DNA of 64,000 nt from the NCBI GenBank assembly GCA_030141605.1, contig JAQGDQ010000433.1, positions 1 to 64,000 of the forward strand. The letters are read 5' to 3'. Source of the DNA: Tubiluchus corallicola. Taxonomy: Eukaryota > Animalia > Priapulida. The notes under the pieces are model-generated. The model was not told where the DNA came from, ran no database searches, and saw only the letters and a list, made by a program, of their open reading frames with translations. Made by a program: the position numbers and the translations under genes. This document shows positions 14,431 to 35,475 of this stretch, piece after piece; the stretch's first letter is position 1, and each line of letters opens with the position of its first letter.

Positions 14431-15461
14431 AATTTCCATTACACACTTTCTATTACGAGTTTTCACTTACAGAAATAATGAAATCGCGTCCATTCTACAT
14501 TTACGTAAAGATCGTTGAATTATTAATACGCTGTAATGCAATTATTGTTCGATAATTTTTGTTTTATATTGTATTATTGTAATTATAGGCCTGTTAGTAG
14601 CGGCCTATTGTGTATATTCCAATCTGTACATATTTGCTAAATAAAGATTTATCATCTTCAACGTCGTCATCATCAGTTTCTGGTAATGTTACGTTCAATT
14701 TTTCGGTTTATTCTATAACTCCGTTGCTTTAGCATTTTCTGTAGTTGTTTTAAATTTTTCAACTTGTCTTGTTTTTTGTCTGCTACTTTTAAATCAACGA
14801 AAGAAGATTTTATTTACGTTGATTCTATTAGAATGGAATAGAAATGTATTTTTTACTTGGATGCGTAAAAGAATAGCGTTAATTCTATTATGGTTCAAGT
14901 GTGGTTAGTAATTACTAAAAATAAAAAATACTAGTACAAGTTATAAATGAAAAAAAACACGAGAAGTTAGGAAAAGCCGAATTTTAATTATTCGGAATTA
15001 AAATATGCCTGCACGTTTTTCACGCTACTATTATTTTTTACCCGAGTTTTGAGGCTTGGAAGTGCAGTGTACAATATTTTACATCTACAATTTACACGGG
15101 ATATTTACAATGCCACGTACGATGCACTTGTGTGCTTCGCAACGGCTCAGTAAAAAACGGCACATCTAATTAATAACCGAGAATTGAAATAATGCGATAA
15201 TAATTATAAAAAGTTTATTGAAACGAGTTTACTCCGTTGAAAGCATAAAATGCATGCAGGCAAAACAAGACACACGTTATAAAGTACAGACTGTGCTTCG
15301 TACAAGAAAGAAGTAAAGGTATGCCTATATGCATTTACAGCATACATATGTGTTATTGTTTAATATAGGTGATTACGCTGATAACGCAACAACTTCTTTG
15401 GCTACGTAGGGCATATCACTAACCCACTTAATGCAAATTGTATTTCCTTCTCATTAGTTGT

Positions 15462-15467
15462 AACACA

Positions 15468-15498
<31 letters not shown>

Positions 15499-15599
15499 GC
15501 ACGCGCACGCACGCGCACGCACGCGCACGCACGCACGCGCACGCACGCACACGCACACGCACGCACGCACACGCACGCACACGCACGCACGCGCACGCA

Positions 15600-15631
<32 letters not shown>

Positions 15632-15632
15632 C
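15462..15632. repeat. (CA)n/(CGCA)n compound microsatellite
   Basis: Direct inspection. Confidence 0.9.
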
Positions 15633-17342
15633 AAGTTATGCAAGGACAGCTATAAGTAGGGTAATTACATTAAATTCGTTCACGATGGCCGTTTGACCAA
15701 ATTAAGCCTGTTTGACCACGATTGTCTTAAGAATAAGCGACTTGGCCAATCTACACATTATCTTGTCATTAGTAAGTCTACTTTAAATCTAAAGAACTTT
15801 GAATTTGGTACAGAAAATGATGTGCTGTCGTGTTTATGTGACTAGTGTTTTCTATGTTATTGTGATCGGCATAATTTTTTTTCTCATCTATAACAAGCAT
15901 GGTAACGAGTTTTTACTATTATTTTATAATACTCATGTTCGGATAGTCTCAGATCAGCCATGTCGTGCGTTCGGATTTATCGAATCTCACCAGGTTGTCA
16001 CCGAATCCCAGTTGCAGTCTGTATCTGAACAACTACTGCCTGCAACAAGGAATAGAGCAGACAGGTGTTCTTCTGTGAGTGCCTTTACATAATAAACAAA
16101 AAAATCGTTTAACAATTTTATAGTTGCTTAAAAACAAATAAAGGTTTAAAACAATTAAAAACTGACGACTCAGACCCAACACTCAGGCCAACAGCCAATA
16201 GCGTCGTTGGCTCGTCACAGCATGTCTTCTGCGGGTGTGACATTTGTACATAATTGAACACGTCACGAGACACCTCAACATTTAAATCTTTGAAAATCAG
16301 GTTGTAACTCCCTCTTTCAATTTTTCGATGTAGCTACTTTTTCATCCAAACTTTTAACACTTTTTTCCAATTTTTCTTTTTTAATTGTTCAATCGAAGCT
16401 AGCCCAACAGACAACAAAGCACGTCTGCATATTGGCACCATAATTTCACTGACATTCCTTGATGAATAGTTATTGCCAGAGTTTGACGGAGTAAAGTTTG
16501 ATGTCGTCTAAACACGCGTCAGTTCTTAAATTTACAATTTTCGTTTGTCAGTTTTAGTTTGAAAGTTTAAAAACTGATCGCATAAACGGACAAAGCAGAG
16601 CAATTTTAGTTGCATATGTCCGCGCGCTCTCATAGATTTTAGTTAATTACAGATTTTGCAACATATAGTGTGAGCTGAAACTTGCATGTCTGCGCAGTGT
16701 ATTAAGCTTAAAACAACCGATGACACAAAAACAGTGTCGCTTTTGCACTTTTGCCCATAGCTTGAGAGCTTGCAGTAAGATCAGATAATCTTAGTAAAGT
16801 AAGTCAGCTTTTCTAATTAAACCATTCGTCTCGATACTGCACTTTTGTCTGATATGCCTGCTTACATACTGCATGTGACAAGTACGGTGTTTACCCAGAG
16901 CCGGACTGGGTCCGAAAAGTTGGTGCTTTTGACTGTCGACTATAAAATTTGACAGCATAGTCCCATAATAATACATCAGTAGCTTTACACTTTCATTTTG
17001 TCTATATTTAAAGGGTCCCAGCTGACTCATGATATTTAAGTCTGTATAGCTAATAGCACCAATTTCACAAGCATATAAGATAGGCAACTGATAGGAGCAC
17101 TATAAGGTTTTTGCTGCTATTTCATTACAATGCTTACCCAAAGTCCATAGAATGCTGTTAACTGCGCCAGAGAATTTTCATTAAAGTCTAGGTATGTCAA
17201 TATAAAATTATTCATCAGCTTTAGTGTACTGACGATTTTATCAGGCATACAAATCGCACGCCTGTCTGGCTTGTTGTTTACAAATGGGTAAAAGTTCGGC
17301 TACGTTTTATTTTCCTTTAGAAGAGTGATACACAGTACTAAA

Positions 17343-18158
17343 ATGGCAACGTTTTCAAGTAAAAAACCCCATAAAGGGAAAGTTGCTGTTGTCACTGGAT
17401 CCACTTACGGGATTGGATACAGTATTGCAAGACGTTTAGCTCAAGATGGAGCTAGTGTTATGATTTGTAGCAGATCAAAAGAGAATGTCGAAAAGGCTGT
17501 AGAAATGCTCAAAGCTGAAGGACTGATAGTGAATGGAACTGTTTGTGATGTTTTGAAAGAAAATGACTGGAAATCATTAATTGATCAGACAATAGAAAAT
17601 TTTGGTGGAGTGGACATTTTTGTCTCAAACACAGGCGGTGGAAGTACTCTTGAAAAAATTGGTGGGACAGTAGGTCCGATGTTGGACGTCACTGAGGAAG
17701 GCTGGGATGCCATGATGAAATTTAACTTGAAAGCGGGATTCTTTATAGCCAAATTAGCTGCTGCTAGTATGGAGAGCAGAGGTGGTGGTAACATAATCTT
17801 CAATTCATCAATTTGTGGATACCAAGCGTGTGCTGGATGTGAACTGCTACCTGGAGCAGGTTTGTACTCAGTGACGAAGACAGCCATTTTGGGTTTAGTT
17901 CAAGCCATGGCGCCACAGTGCGCAGAAAAAGGAATACGTGTAAATGCAGTAGCACCTGGAGTGATCGAAACGCCACTAGTCAGTTATCTTAAAAACATGC
18001 CTGAAACTACAGCTGCCTACTTAAATCGCTGCCCTATGAGACGCTTTGGACAGCCTGAGGAAGTAGCAGGAATGGTGTCATTTCTCTGTTCAAGTGATGC
18101 TAGCTACATAACTGGTGAAACAATTTGTATTCATGGAGGTTTTCCTACTAGACTGTGA
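17343..18158 (+). CDS. DHRS4: Short-chain dehydrogenase/reductase, DHRS4-like, intronless CDS (271 aa)
   Basis: TGSTYGIG (TGxxxGxG), [13 protein letters not shown], catalytic [30 protein letters not shown] and C-terminal GGFPTRL (human DHRS4 ends in SRL). ATG context AAAATGG. Confidence 0.9.
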   Translation: MATFSSKKPHKGKVAVVTGSTYGIGYSIARRLAQDGASVMICSRSKENVEKAVEMLKAEGLIVNGTVCDVLKENDWKSLIDQTIENFGGVDIFVSNTGGGSTLEKIGGTVGPMLDVTEEGWDAMMKFNLKAGFFIAKLAAASMESRGGGNIIFNSSICGYQACAGCELLPGAGLYSVTKTAILGLVQAMAPQCAEKGIRVNAVAPGVIETPLVSYLKNMPETTAAYLNRCPMRRFGQPEEVAGMVSFLCSSDASYITGETICIHGGFPTRL

Positions 18159-18830
18159 TCAAGACTTTCGACTTTGAACCATGTGGACTTTCTGTTCTGT
18201 GTTTTTGGCTTTCATTCATCTTCTTATTTTAAATCTGAGTTTTTCTGCATTTGGAATTCTACTAAGGCCTTCAGAAAATATTGTTTTAAATTTAAGCACT
18301 TGACACATAATCAATTTGCGTTAGCTTTGTACCTACACTGCACTTCATGTATGCTAAGACAGTATTAAACCTAAATTTTTCAATTCAAATTGGACGGTCT
18401 ATATTGGCAAATCCAAATTTAGCAGGACGTGTGCTCAGTTGAAAAACAGATTGGACTGCGATTGATCATTTTACTGGTAGTTAGTTAGAATCAACTATTG
18501 GCCATGAGCAACCGAGACACAGATACGGTTTAATTTGCAAGGATTATTTACCTTTCATATAAAATTTTTATCAAGTTTACTCATAGCAGTCCTATCTGGC
18601 TCGATATTTACTTGTGGGTGACAGTGTAAAAGAATTGGGATACGTTCCAGAGTCAAAAATTAATCCTGCTTAAAGCATGCAAATTAAACGTTTTATGAGT
18701 TTTATTCATATTTCTACTGATTAATTTCATTCCGTTTGCTTGAAGCCACATAGCTTTCTTACTAATAGCCACTAGCTAAACTTGCTAGCGGGACTTATTA
18801 CACGTAATGTTGAAGCTTACATAAAAGTCT

Positions 18831-19103
18831 GACCAGACCTGTTTAGTCTAGTGGTAATGCGTCTTCTTTCCGTCTGGGAGGTCGTGAGTTCGAACCAGCG
18901 GCCGGGTAATACTAAAGACTTTAAAAATGGTACCTGCTGTTGCCCTGCCTGACGGATAGTATTTAGGGTAAAAGTGGGGTAATAATAGTCTCTGTTATGT
19001 AGTTGTAGGTTGTTATTTACAGTCGGCGATAATAGCTCTTTGAGCTAATGTTAATTGTTGACCCAAAAGTCGACTTGAAATAAAGATTATTATTATTATT
19101 ATT
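18831..19103 (+). mobile_element. tRNA-derived SINE
   Basis: A box TAGTCTAGTGG, B box GAGTTCGAACC, central TAATACTAAAGACTTTAAAAATGGTACC block, and AATAAA plus an (ATT)n tail. Confidence 0.7.
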
Positions 19104-20216
19104 AAGCAGTTGGCAGTTAAACACTGTGTTTTAAAAGCCCTGGAGCGTCCTTGTGAAAATTTCACTAATATTATAATCTGGTTGCCATAGCGATGGGTTG
19201 CAGACAAAATTCCTTTTCAGAAAGTTATGGCAAACTTATGAACCGCAAACCGAGCTAGTATTTAGTAGTACGTGCTCTGTCGGGAACTAAAAAACACTAT
19301 AATTGTACTGTTTTACATTAGTGGGTATGTTTCTAGAACAGAATAATACATTATGTACTGTTTTAATGCTTCAAATTAGATAAAATTGTCGTAGATAAAG
19401 TGAAAAATAGCTTTGTGCCAAGTAAAAAAAAATCGTCGTTAAAATGGAAAGTGCGTCGTTAAGTGAGAAGGTGTCAAATGTTCAGCGTCATTAAAATAAA
19501 ACATCACTAAACGGGGAATCGTTAAGTGAGGACTTACTGTAATTCGTTAACATTCGTATGATTAAATAACTCACGCAAAATATACATATTTGACCCCATT
19601 ACCGTTTATATACCTGTTCGCCAAGTTAAGAAAATACAATACACTTAACTTTAATATTCAGCAGTCATTATTGTTTAACCTAATTAAATCTCCAATCTTG
19701 TGCTTGATAGATGCTCCTGTTTTGTAAAGTGTAAATTAGACTGCTAAAGACAAAGAATTACGTGGAAAAAACGCAAAGGTATGAAACGTAGTTGGAACAA
19801 TAAAGCTGATATAGTTCAAGTTAAAATTGAAAGACCACATGGTCTTATGTGGCAACATTGTTGTTTAGCAGCGAGCAATGTGGATTTATAAAGCGAAGTT
19901 TGAATGTAATAAACGGCAGATTTTACTTGATTATAGCATTGTGCAGCATGGTGGCCACGATAAGCGGCTGCATTTATTATTCATGGATTTATTAAGCAAA
20001 TGTATTGTCAATAACTGCACCGTGTTACATGGCTTCTACCACTTGTGTTGTGACTAGTCACTAAATTAACCTGCATGGAGTGATGATACTATTTGTCTTG
20101 TTAATAATGTCTACAGTTTTGTTTCCCGTAAGTGGAGAATTTCTGTTATATAATTGATTTTTACAACAAGAAGCCATATTGTAATACGGTGTTGTGTTTG
20201 TCAATTTCTCTTCATT

Positions 20217-20692
20217 ATATGTGTGCTTGCACAGCGAAAACATTTGGACGTTGGCATCTAAGCTTCTCTCGCTATGCACACATTTTTAATCCCCATTTAG
20301 TGAGGATCATTTTTGATACCAAACTCATCGCTGTATGTTATTTCTAAGCTGAAATAATCCTCGTTGAGGCTGAGACTCGTGCTACAGAAAAAACCACAAA
20401 CAAAATGACTGCTTTCACAAGTTACAATCGGTGTTTGAAAACACAAGTTTTTCACACGTGCAGTACTAGCTTTTTGGCAGAAAGGCGGGTAAGGTGTTAT
20501 AAAATTAAATATTTTACATTTTTAGAACAGTTTCCTGGCAATTTGATACTAGGATATAAAAGTACAATATATTTAGCATCTATATTTGTAAAAAACAAAA
20601 AATTCGACCCAATTTTTGACTCCGTTGAAGCGTCACAGTGTAGCTTTAACTGTGCCGACTAGTGGACAGTTATGGTTTGCAAGCACACATAT
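20217..20692 (+). mobile_element. MITE family A, copy 3 (internally deleted)
   Basis: TATATGTGTGCTTGCACAGC ... GGTTTGCAAGCACACATATA ends; shares the TGAGGATCATTTTTGATACCAA block with about 4175. Confidence 0.75.
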
Positions 20693-23334
20693 AGATGTTT
20701 GATTCAGAACGTGACATCAATTCAGTGTTTATATTTTCATTTAATGTCAGAAACTAATTGTCTGTTATAGTTAAATTGTCTGTATTTCTCCCCTGTCCAA
20801 TCTCTTGCTGATTAGATATTGTGAAAGTAGTTCCGTATAAAAAATATTTAGCGTAACAGATTAGCAAGTACATCTGCATAGATTCTGTTGTGCCAATAGT
20901 TTGACGGCCTGCTGAATGTTATGTTGTGCACATTTCTTGTATGTTTTGCCTCCTCAACTAATGAACTTAATGGGACAGAATTTTAACTGTAGCTAGTTGC
21001 ATTTACTACATTGTACATAGCCACTTTTTAATACTAGGTTGCCCAACACTGGTTTGTAGAGAAGTATTTTTTTGGTTTTGATCATGTACTCAAATTCTAG
21101 CTGGTACAATTTGTAGCTGTCCGTTAATTAAAGGACCGTTGAAGTGTGGTTTTTGTTTTGTCGTGATCATGCACTTCATTAAATGTGCGTAATGAAATTT
21201 TTCGTTCCCCATCTTTATTTAGTCAAACACTTGGCCGCTTTCTTTTATAAAATATATGCTTATGAGAAAGTTTATTTACAGTCCTCGAAAATTTGTGCAA
21301 ATTTTGGTTGTAGTTATCTGTGAATGAAATAACTAGTTACTATAATTAGTTCAAAAGAAGATATTAATTTTTTCCGTGAAACTTAATGCTATGGCGGTGC
21401 TCATTGTTAGGCGTCCTGATTCTGCTTATTAGAGTTGAAGTAATAATTTTCAACACAGAGAGATGTGTTTATGACAGCCATCTTTCAACAAACCTAATTT
21501 GACCATAGTAAATAAAAAACACAACAGGCGGCAGCACCTACTTAGTTAAAACATTAATTTGCATGGTATGCTTATTACGGCTTTACACTACTGCTTTTCA
21601 GAAGCCGGGACGGGGTCTAAAGGGGACGATTTCCACAAAGAGAAACGGGAACGTCTTAAAAATTAAGAAGACTGACTTTAATAGAGTAGTACGGAGTAAT
21701 ATTCAGCAGCATCCTATTTTCTGCAAATTATAATTATGAAGTATTATGTTTTGGAGGAATACTCTATGCATTACTAAGGCATCTCTTTCTCTGTTGTGCT
21801 TGTGATATTCATGATTGTTTTTTGTTGTTGTTGCAAAGCGTATAAGCAGTATAAAATTATTTATAAACTTTTTTATTTTATGGTTTAATGTGAGAAATTA
21901 TAGATACGTTATAATGATATTATTTGTAATGTAAAACTATATACATAGTTTCATTTATGAATTAAAGTTATTTAGTTGCAATGATTTTTATAAAAAAAAT
22001 TATGTACGGTAAATAAAACACGAGAGACAAAATTCTCAAGAAAAAGCAAGCTAGTACGTGATTGGTTTTGGCACATACTTCATTTATAAGTCAAACTTAT
22101 TTCTTAGTTCAACTCTTTGTCAAGTTAATATTTCAAGCTGTAGTGGAGAAATTTATTTTACGAGAGATTATTAAGTCTATTTGCTACGTATATTTCCATT
22201 CTTAGTGTTGCTCTTGTATATCACGTCAATGTAGTAATATCGTAATTCAATTCAACTCAATTTATCGCGCAAGTATTCAGTTGGCATTACATATGTTAGC
22301 AAGTATAAGATAAAAAGAAAAATATATACATGTAAAACTACAGGTTAGAGCTCCATTATAGGGAACAATTACATAATAGTTACCAAACTGTCTGAGAATA
22401 ACTGAAAGTTTTACATAATTGTTACCAAACTGTCTGAGAATAACTGAAAGTAGTATTAGATATTATAGAGCTTTACAAGTACTACGGCGACTATTATTAA
22501 TAAGAGACCCGCTAATTTGTTGAGAATTTCACATTGAAATAGGTATATGCAATTTTTCGTTTCACATACAGCCCACTGTATAATGATTTTTTAGCTTTGC
22601 ATTAAAAAAATCCGAGGTTTCCGGCAGTTATCAGGGCATAATGAATTAAAATCCGGAACTACGAGTATTTATGAAACAATAGTCAAAGAAGAAAAACAGT
22701 AAATGCTGTTTTTTCCTCACTTTTTTGTCACATAATAATTATTACATAATGACACAAACAATTTCACGTAATGATTATTACAGATTGATGTGAAGTTTGA
22801 TACAAAAGGACAAATTTTGTGAATTTTTTATCCAGTGAACCGTAACGGTTTCCTGCCCGTCAGTGGATTCACGTAGACACATTTGTCATAATTCTGACTT
22901 TCGATAAAGTTTTAATAAGTGTCATGCATTCACGTTAAAAGCTGTTTTCTAAAATTGCATAAAAATGTCTAAAACTACAAAAATAAGACTCATCGCTAAA
23001 TTCCGTCTATTCGCCTCTATTGTATAGGCTAAGCTCGCCATTGTTTCATGACAGTAATTTCAAAGGTTTCTAAAACACGTCCGACTGATCGCTTGCCCAT
23101 GTTGTGTGTTGGGCGCCGAGTAAACCACTAGCCGAAGTAGGACAATTGGCGTACATGGGTTAGCCCAACTAGGACGCGTCGTACATCGGTTAGCCCAAGT
23201 AGGACATGTCGTACATGGGCTGTCCAAGTAGGACACTAGAGACAGGTCGCGAATTGAGTTCGTTAAGCGTACTTACACCGTCCCTTCTCCTAGTTTATCA
23301 CTGATCGCTTGACCATGTTGTGTGACCCAGTTGA

Positions 23335-23763
23335 CCCTTTTATCACCATTTTCCGAAGCATTTTCACCATTTATCAATATTTCCCAAAGTATTTTCACCA
23401 TTTGTCAATATTTCCCAAAGCATTTTCACCGTTTATCAATATTTTCCAAACCATTTTCACCATTTTTCAATATTTTCCAAACCATTTTTATAATTTATAA
23501 CTATTTTCCAAAACATTTTCACCATTTATCGTTATTTTCCAAAGCATTTTCGCCATTTATCAATATTCCCCAAAGCATTTTCATCATTTGTCACTATTTT
23601 CCAAAGTATTTTCACCATTTGCCAATATTTTCCAAAATTTTCACCATTTATCACTATTTTCCGAGCATTTTCACCATTTATCACTATTTTCCAAAGCATT
23701 GTCATAATTTATCGTTATTTTCCAAAGCATTTTCATCATTTGTCAATATTTTCCAAAGCATTT
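23335..23763. repeat. About 31-bp minisatellite
   Basis: Unit TTTTCCAAAGCATTTTCACCATTTATCAATA repeated about 13 times. Confidence 0.9.
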
Positions 23764-24534
23764 CTCTGTTTTGTAGTGAGACAATGATACGTACGTAATT
23801 ACTTGTTATATTATCTTGTTTCTTCATGTTTTTGCATTTGTAATGAAATTTCTGTTTTGTTCATAATCAGATAAAGCCAAATCTTTCATTTATCCCTCTG
23901 TGTTTTGGTTTTGAGCCATTGGGTCTTTGGATTTTTGGTTATTGGATCTTGTGTCATTGGGTTAATGGATCTTGTAACATTGGGTCTTGGGACAGTAGGT
24001 TTTTCGGATTTTGGACATTGGGTCTTGGGTCATTGGATCGTACCTAGGTCTTGCAGAGAGCTCGCTTATTCTCAAATTGCAGTAAACCGAAATATGTGAG
24101 AAATAACGAGCTTTATGTCAAATGAAACCATAATTTTTGACTCAGTCTATTAGTAACAATGATAACGTTATAAAGTAATACTAGTAATACTATTGTTGAC
24201 ATGGATTTGATACACGCGAATTTAAACCATAATTTCAAGATTTATTTGTTTAGCCAACTTATAAAATTTCTACAAGCACAAATTTGTGCACTTCTATAAC
24301 AACTCAAGATTATAACTCTATTATAATTACATGTATTAGATCTGTGTGGTGGAGGCGTCCTGAAAATTGACAATACAGCCAAATAAGTTAAAATCCACGT
24401 CGAAAAGAAACGGAAATAGAGAAAGAGAGGGATGCATGAAAAACACGAAAGGAAGAAAGTTGGAGAAATCCAGGGAAGCTGTGTGGATATGAAAACTGAT
24501 GCTTTGCTGACAACAATGACGACGGCAATGATGA

Positions 24535-24815
<281 letters not shown>

Positions 24816-25436
24816 TACATATGGCGAGGAAAATGTCGAAATAAACTGGACAGTGTCTTTTCTAACAATATTAATTAAACGTGGATAATTTCCCACAACA
24901 TGTTATCGTAGGCAAGACAGATTAATTCTCATTGACAAGAACAGTAACAATGAATAAAAGATCGCGCTATTAAAAAACAAGAAAAAAGTAAGAAATAGCA
25001 AAACGTTTCAAACTACCACTGCAGTTCTTCTTCTGTTAAAAAAGGGAAAAAATCACGAGAAATTGCACTACTGAGCTAATTTTTGGTGAGTTTTTTATTT
25101 GTATTATTAACATGAAAAGAATATCACGTTAAAAAGGAAGCAAACACGTAGAAAAAACGGAAGTACAGCAGGAGAAAACACGAAAGAAACACAAGTGTAA
25201 AACAGTTTGTGATTTTTGTTTAGTAATTCCAAATCCTTGTGATTTTTTCTATTTTTGTGTTCACTTGAAGAAAATCAACTATGGTAGTTTGAAAAGTTTT
25301 GTTCTTTCTTTCTTCTCCCATGTTTTTTAAGTGTGAGATTTGTTATTCATTATCGTCATTATCATTATTGTCTGTGTTGTTAATGGTGTTACTATTAATA
25401 ATTAATTGAAATTGTTTTTAATTATACTATATATGT

Positions 25437-26381
25437 ATGAGGTGACGCAAAAATGTGCCAAAATTTTGACCAAAGCAACGAAATTCGCTTGAAAATTGCC
25501 ACACCGACGTTATACACGATTTTGTATAAACACCGAAAAATTTTGGTCATTTTCTTAGATTTTTCCAAAGATATAAAAGTTTTAAAATCAAAAAATGTAA
25601 AAATTGTATGTAATACTGTATTGTGTCCACCGTTTTCACTGCAGACAAACCGAATGCGTTTCTTCGAACAGCTGACACAGTGTCTAACTTCTTTTAGGGG
25701 GATTTGGCCCCTGAACTCAGTAATTTTACCTTTAATTCCTCTGCATCAAACAGCCGTCATGCACTTTCTCTTTAAGGGAATTCCAAATACCGTAATCATA
25801 CGATTTTTCTTGATAACAAATCTTTTTCAAAGCGATGTTCACGATGTAATAAATTGGTTGTTATTTTATTGTTTTGCTTCCACGTATCGTGTGTTTTATA
25901 CGTTAACGTGGTGGTTTTTCTGTTGACGATTAGCTGACATTGTTCTAACATTTGATTTCTTAACATGCATAAGTTTTTCGACCAGAACTTAGAAACGAAT
26001 AAAGCTTATAAACCTGTAACTTTCATAGCTAAACGCTACTCTATTGTAATACCACAATGTGAAACTTCAACTTTCGCTCACCAGCTATTCAAAAAAAAAG
26101 TTACAAACCATCTCAATTTCGCTCTTATTTAATGTTTAACTAACAATTCTTGTAATCGTGTGCCTAATTTATGAAAGACGTATTTACTGTCTGAAAGGCT
26201 TTTATATAGGTTATACCTGTTAGCCAACCAGCGTTTGATCAAGTCCCATTGTTTTTATTATAAACGTATTTATGATTGTAATGTTTCTTATCAGAAAAAA
26301 TTGTTTAAACTGAAACTTCAACTTCGCAGGACACTGTTATTGTAGTATAAACTTCGGTACATTTTTTCTGCACCACCCGAT
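25437..26381 (+). mobile_element. Decayed Tc1/mariner-like element
   Basis: Left end TATGAGGTGACGCAAAAATGTGCCAAAATT vs reverse complement of right end TATCGGGTGGTGCAGAAAAAATGTACCGAAGTT; TA flanks; remnant GIWPLNSVILP resembling the transposase WPxxSPDLNP motif near 25705. Confidence 0.55.
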
Positions 26382-26916
26382 ATATGCATTTATTTTGCAT
26401 GTTATGTTTATATATGAATGTAGACATTGACCTATAGAATTATATTTATAGTGAGTAATAAGTTTTTTGTTCTTATGCGGGCAAAGCACAAAAACGAACA
26501 ATTACAACCCACAATGACAAGGCTTTTCGTCATTGTTTTTGACAAAGTACTACACGTATTATCAGATTACAATATTTCTAATACTGAATGAAAACTAAAC
26601 AAAGATAAGATCAGGGAAACGACGTCTCATTCGTCTGCTTTTTGACTAACGTATCAGGAAAACGGAAACACCAGTTTTACCACATATTATGGTTAAATTG
26701 TTTAAAGCTTAACTTCTATTGATGAGTTAGTATTAGTATTCAGGTGACCTTGTGACCTTGTGACCACTAATGTTCTCGCTGTTTGGTGTCCCTGTACCAC
26801 TAGCTCAGTCGGATATAACATGGGAACAGACGACTGCTGTTTTTGTGATATAAACTGTTGCTGCATTTGCACATGATTGTCAAATTTTAATTGGCACCAT
26901 CGATGAAACATAAAAC

Positions 26917-33740
<6,824 letters not shown>

Positions 33741-34109
33741 AATTTATCTGCCAATTTGACAGGGTTCTAAATGTGCTCGCTAGAACAGTATAACGAAGAT
33801 ATTCAAAAAAATATTGTCTTTCCCTTTTCACTAATTAATTGTAGTTCTTAGTTACACCTCTCAGCTGCCTGTTCTTGGAGTTATCACTTGGGACGTAACT
33901 CTATAAACAGATCGATTTTGCCGCGAAACAGCTCAGGGTTTGTTTATATTGCACGCATGCAGTGAGCAAATTTTTAGAAAAATTTTATAAAATTGATATA
34001 TGTGCTCAAAAAGGCAATGGAAGTAGCTCTAAATTGGATTTGTTTACTGTGGTGTTTTTATCAAACACTAATTCGTACTTGATTAATTATGTACGTTGGT
34101 ATTATATGT

Positions 34110-34530
34110 ATATCCTGGGGGAAAAGTTATGGGGCTTTAAATTCAAAATGGCCGCCAATGCAGCGTTATTCAAAATAGCTCAACTAGGTGGATTTTAAGA
34201 CGGCATTCATGTATTACCAGCTGATATAAATATGCATATGGTCTATAGGAAAATGTTGTTTCAAAGTCATTCAAAATGGCCCCAGGTGCATCATTTAAGT
34301 CGAAATAACTCAACTAGTTGTTTTTAAGTGTGCTCAGGCTGTGAGAAAAACACTTTCAAAGTCAAAACACTTGCTATCACCATTGATACTAAATATACAA
34401 TATTATTTTCGAACGACAACATTATTTTTGCCATTTAGTTGAGTTATTCTGACGTTAATGATGCTCTGGCGGACATCTTGAATGACTTTGAAACACCATT
34501 ATCTGATAAGCCATATACATGTTTATATTA
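34110..34530 (+). mobile_element. Foldback/MITE family B, partial copy
   Basis: Near-identical to 36498-36905 (TTATGGGGCTTTAAATTCAAAATGGCCGCCAATGC...). Confidence 0.8.
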
Positions 34531-34554
34531 GCTCTTGGGTTGCATAAGTTGACT

Positions 34555-34587
34555 ACACACGCACGCACGCACTCACTCACTCACGCA

Positions 34588-34656
<69 letters not shown>

Positions 34657-34692
34657 GTATGTGTGTGTGTGTTATATATGTATGTATATATG

Positions 34693-34780
<88 letters not shown>
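34555..34780. repeat. (CA)n/(TA)n microsatellite
   Basis: Direct inspection. Confidence 0.95.
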
Positions 34781-34781
<1 letters not shown>

Positions 34782-35475
34782 AACTTATGCAACTCAAGAG
34801 CTAATATAATTACAAAATACCATTAAACACATTTGTTACACAAGCACGACGTTTTCGTTGTTCTGATGTTCTTTAAATGTTTTCAAGTAAACAGTAAGTA
34901 AAATGTAAACGATGTATTTAAATCTTACTGTCAATATAAGTGACGAAATAAAGTAGAACTGTATATATTATTGAATTGATGCTATAGGCACTAGTACTAC
35001 CGAATGAATTATATGTGAAGCCTTCAATTTTTGAATTTAAAAATAAATTATTAACTTTGATATGGTATTCTTGTTTATCAGTAACTCAAATTCTAATCTA
35101 TAATGCATAATTTTGTCTACAGAGTTTGGTTCATTAGATAAGTGTGTAGCACTTAACTGACTATTGCTAAGTTTGTGTTCACTGTAACAATTACATCTGG
35201 CGCAACGAAAAAATGGCGGTTCTTCAAATTTAATACCGCCAACAAGGAAGTGACAAAAAATCAAAAGAGACAAGTTTTAACAGTAAGTTTATAAAAAAAT
35301 AAATTGTAACAAGAATAGGATTTTAAGTTGTAAAAGCCTGTATTATTGTAAGAGTTTAGTTTAACTTTTAGAGACAGCTAATATTCACAGACAATGGTGA
35401 CATCGCTGCAGATACATATTCATTTTGATAATTATGACATCCGCGATTTCTTTGGTTTAATTCTCAGGTTTGATT

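Noticed and set aside
18841-18905. Possible tRNA gene
   Set aside because: It has A and B boxes but no intact cloverleaf, and it continues into a SINE body and tail.
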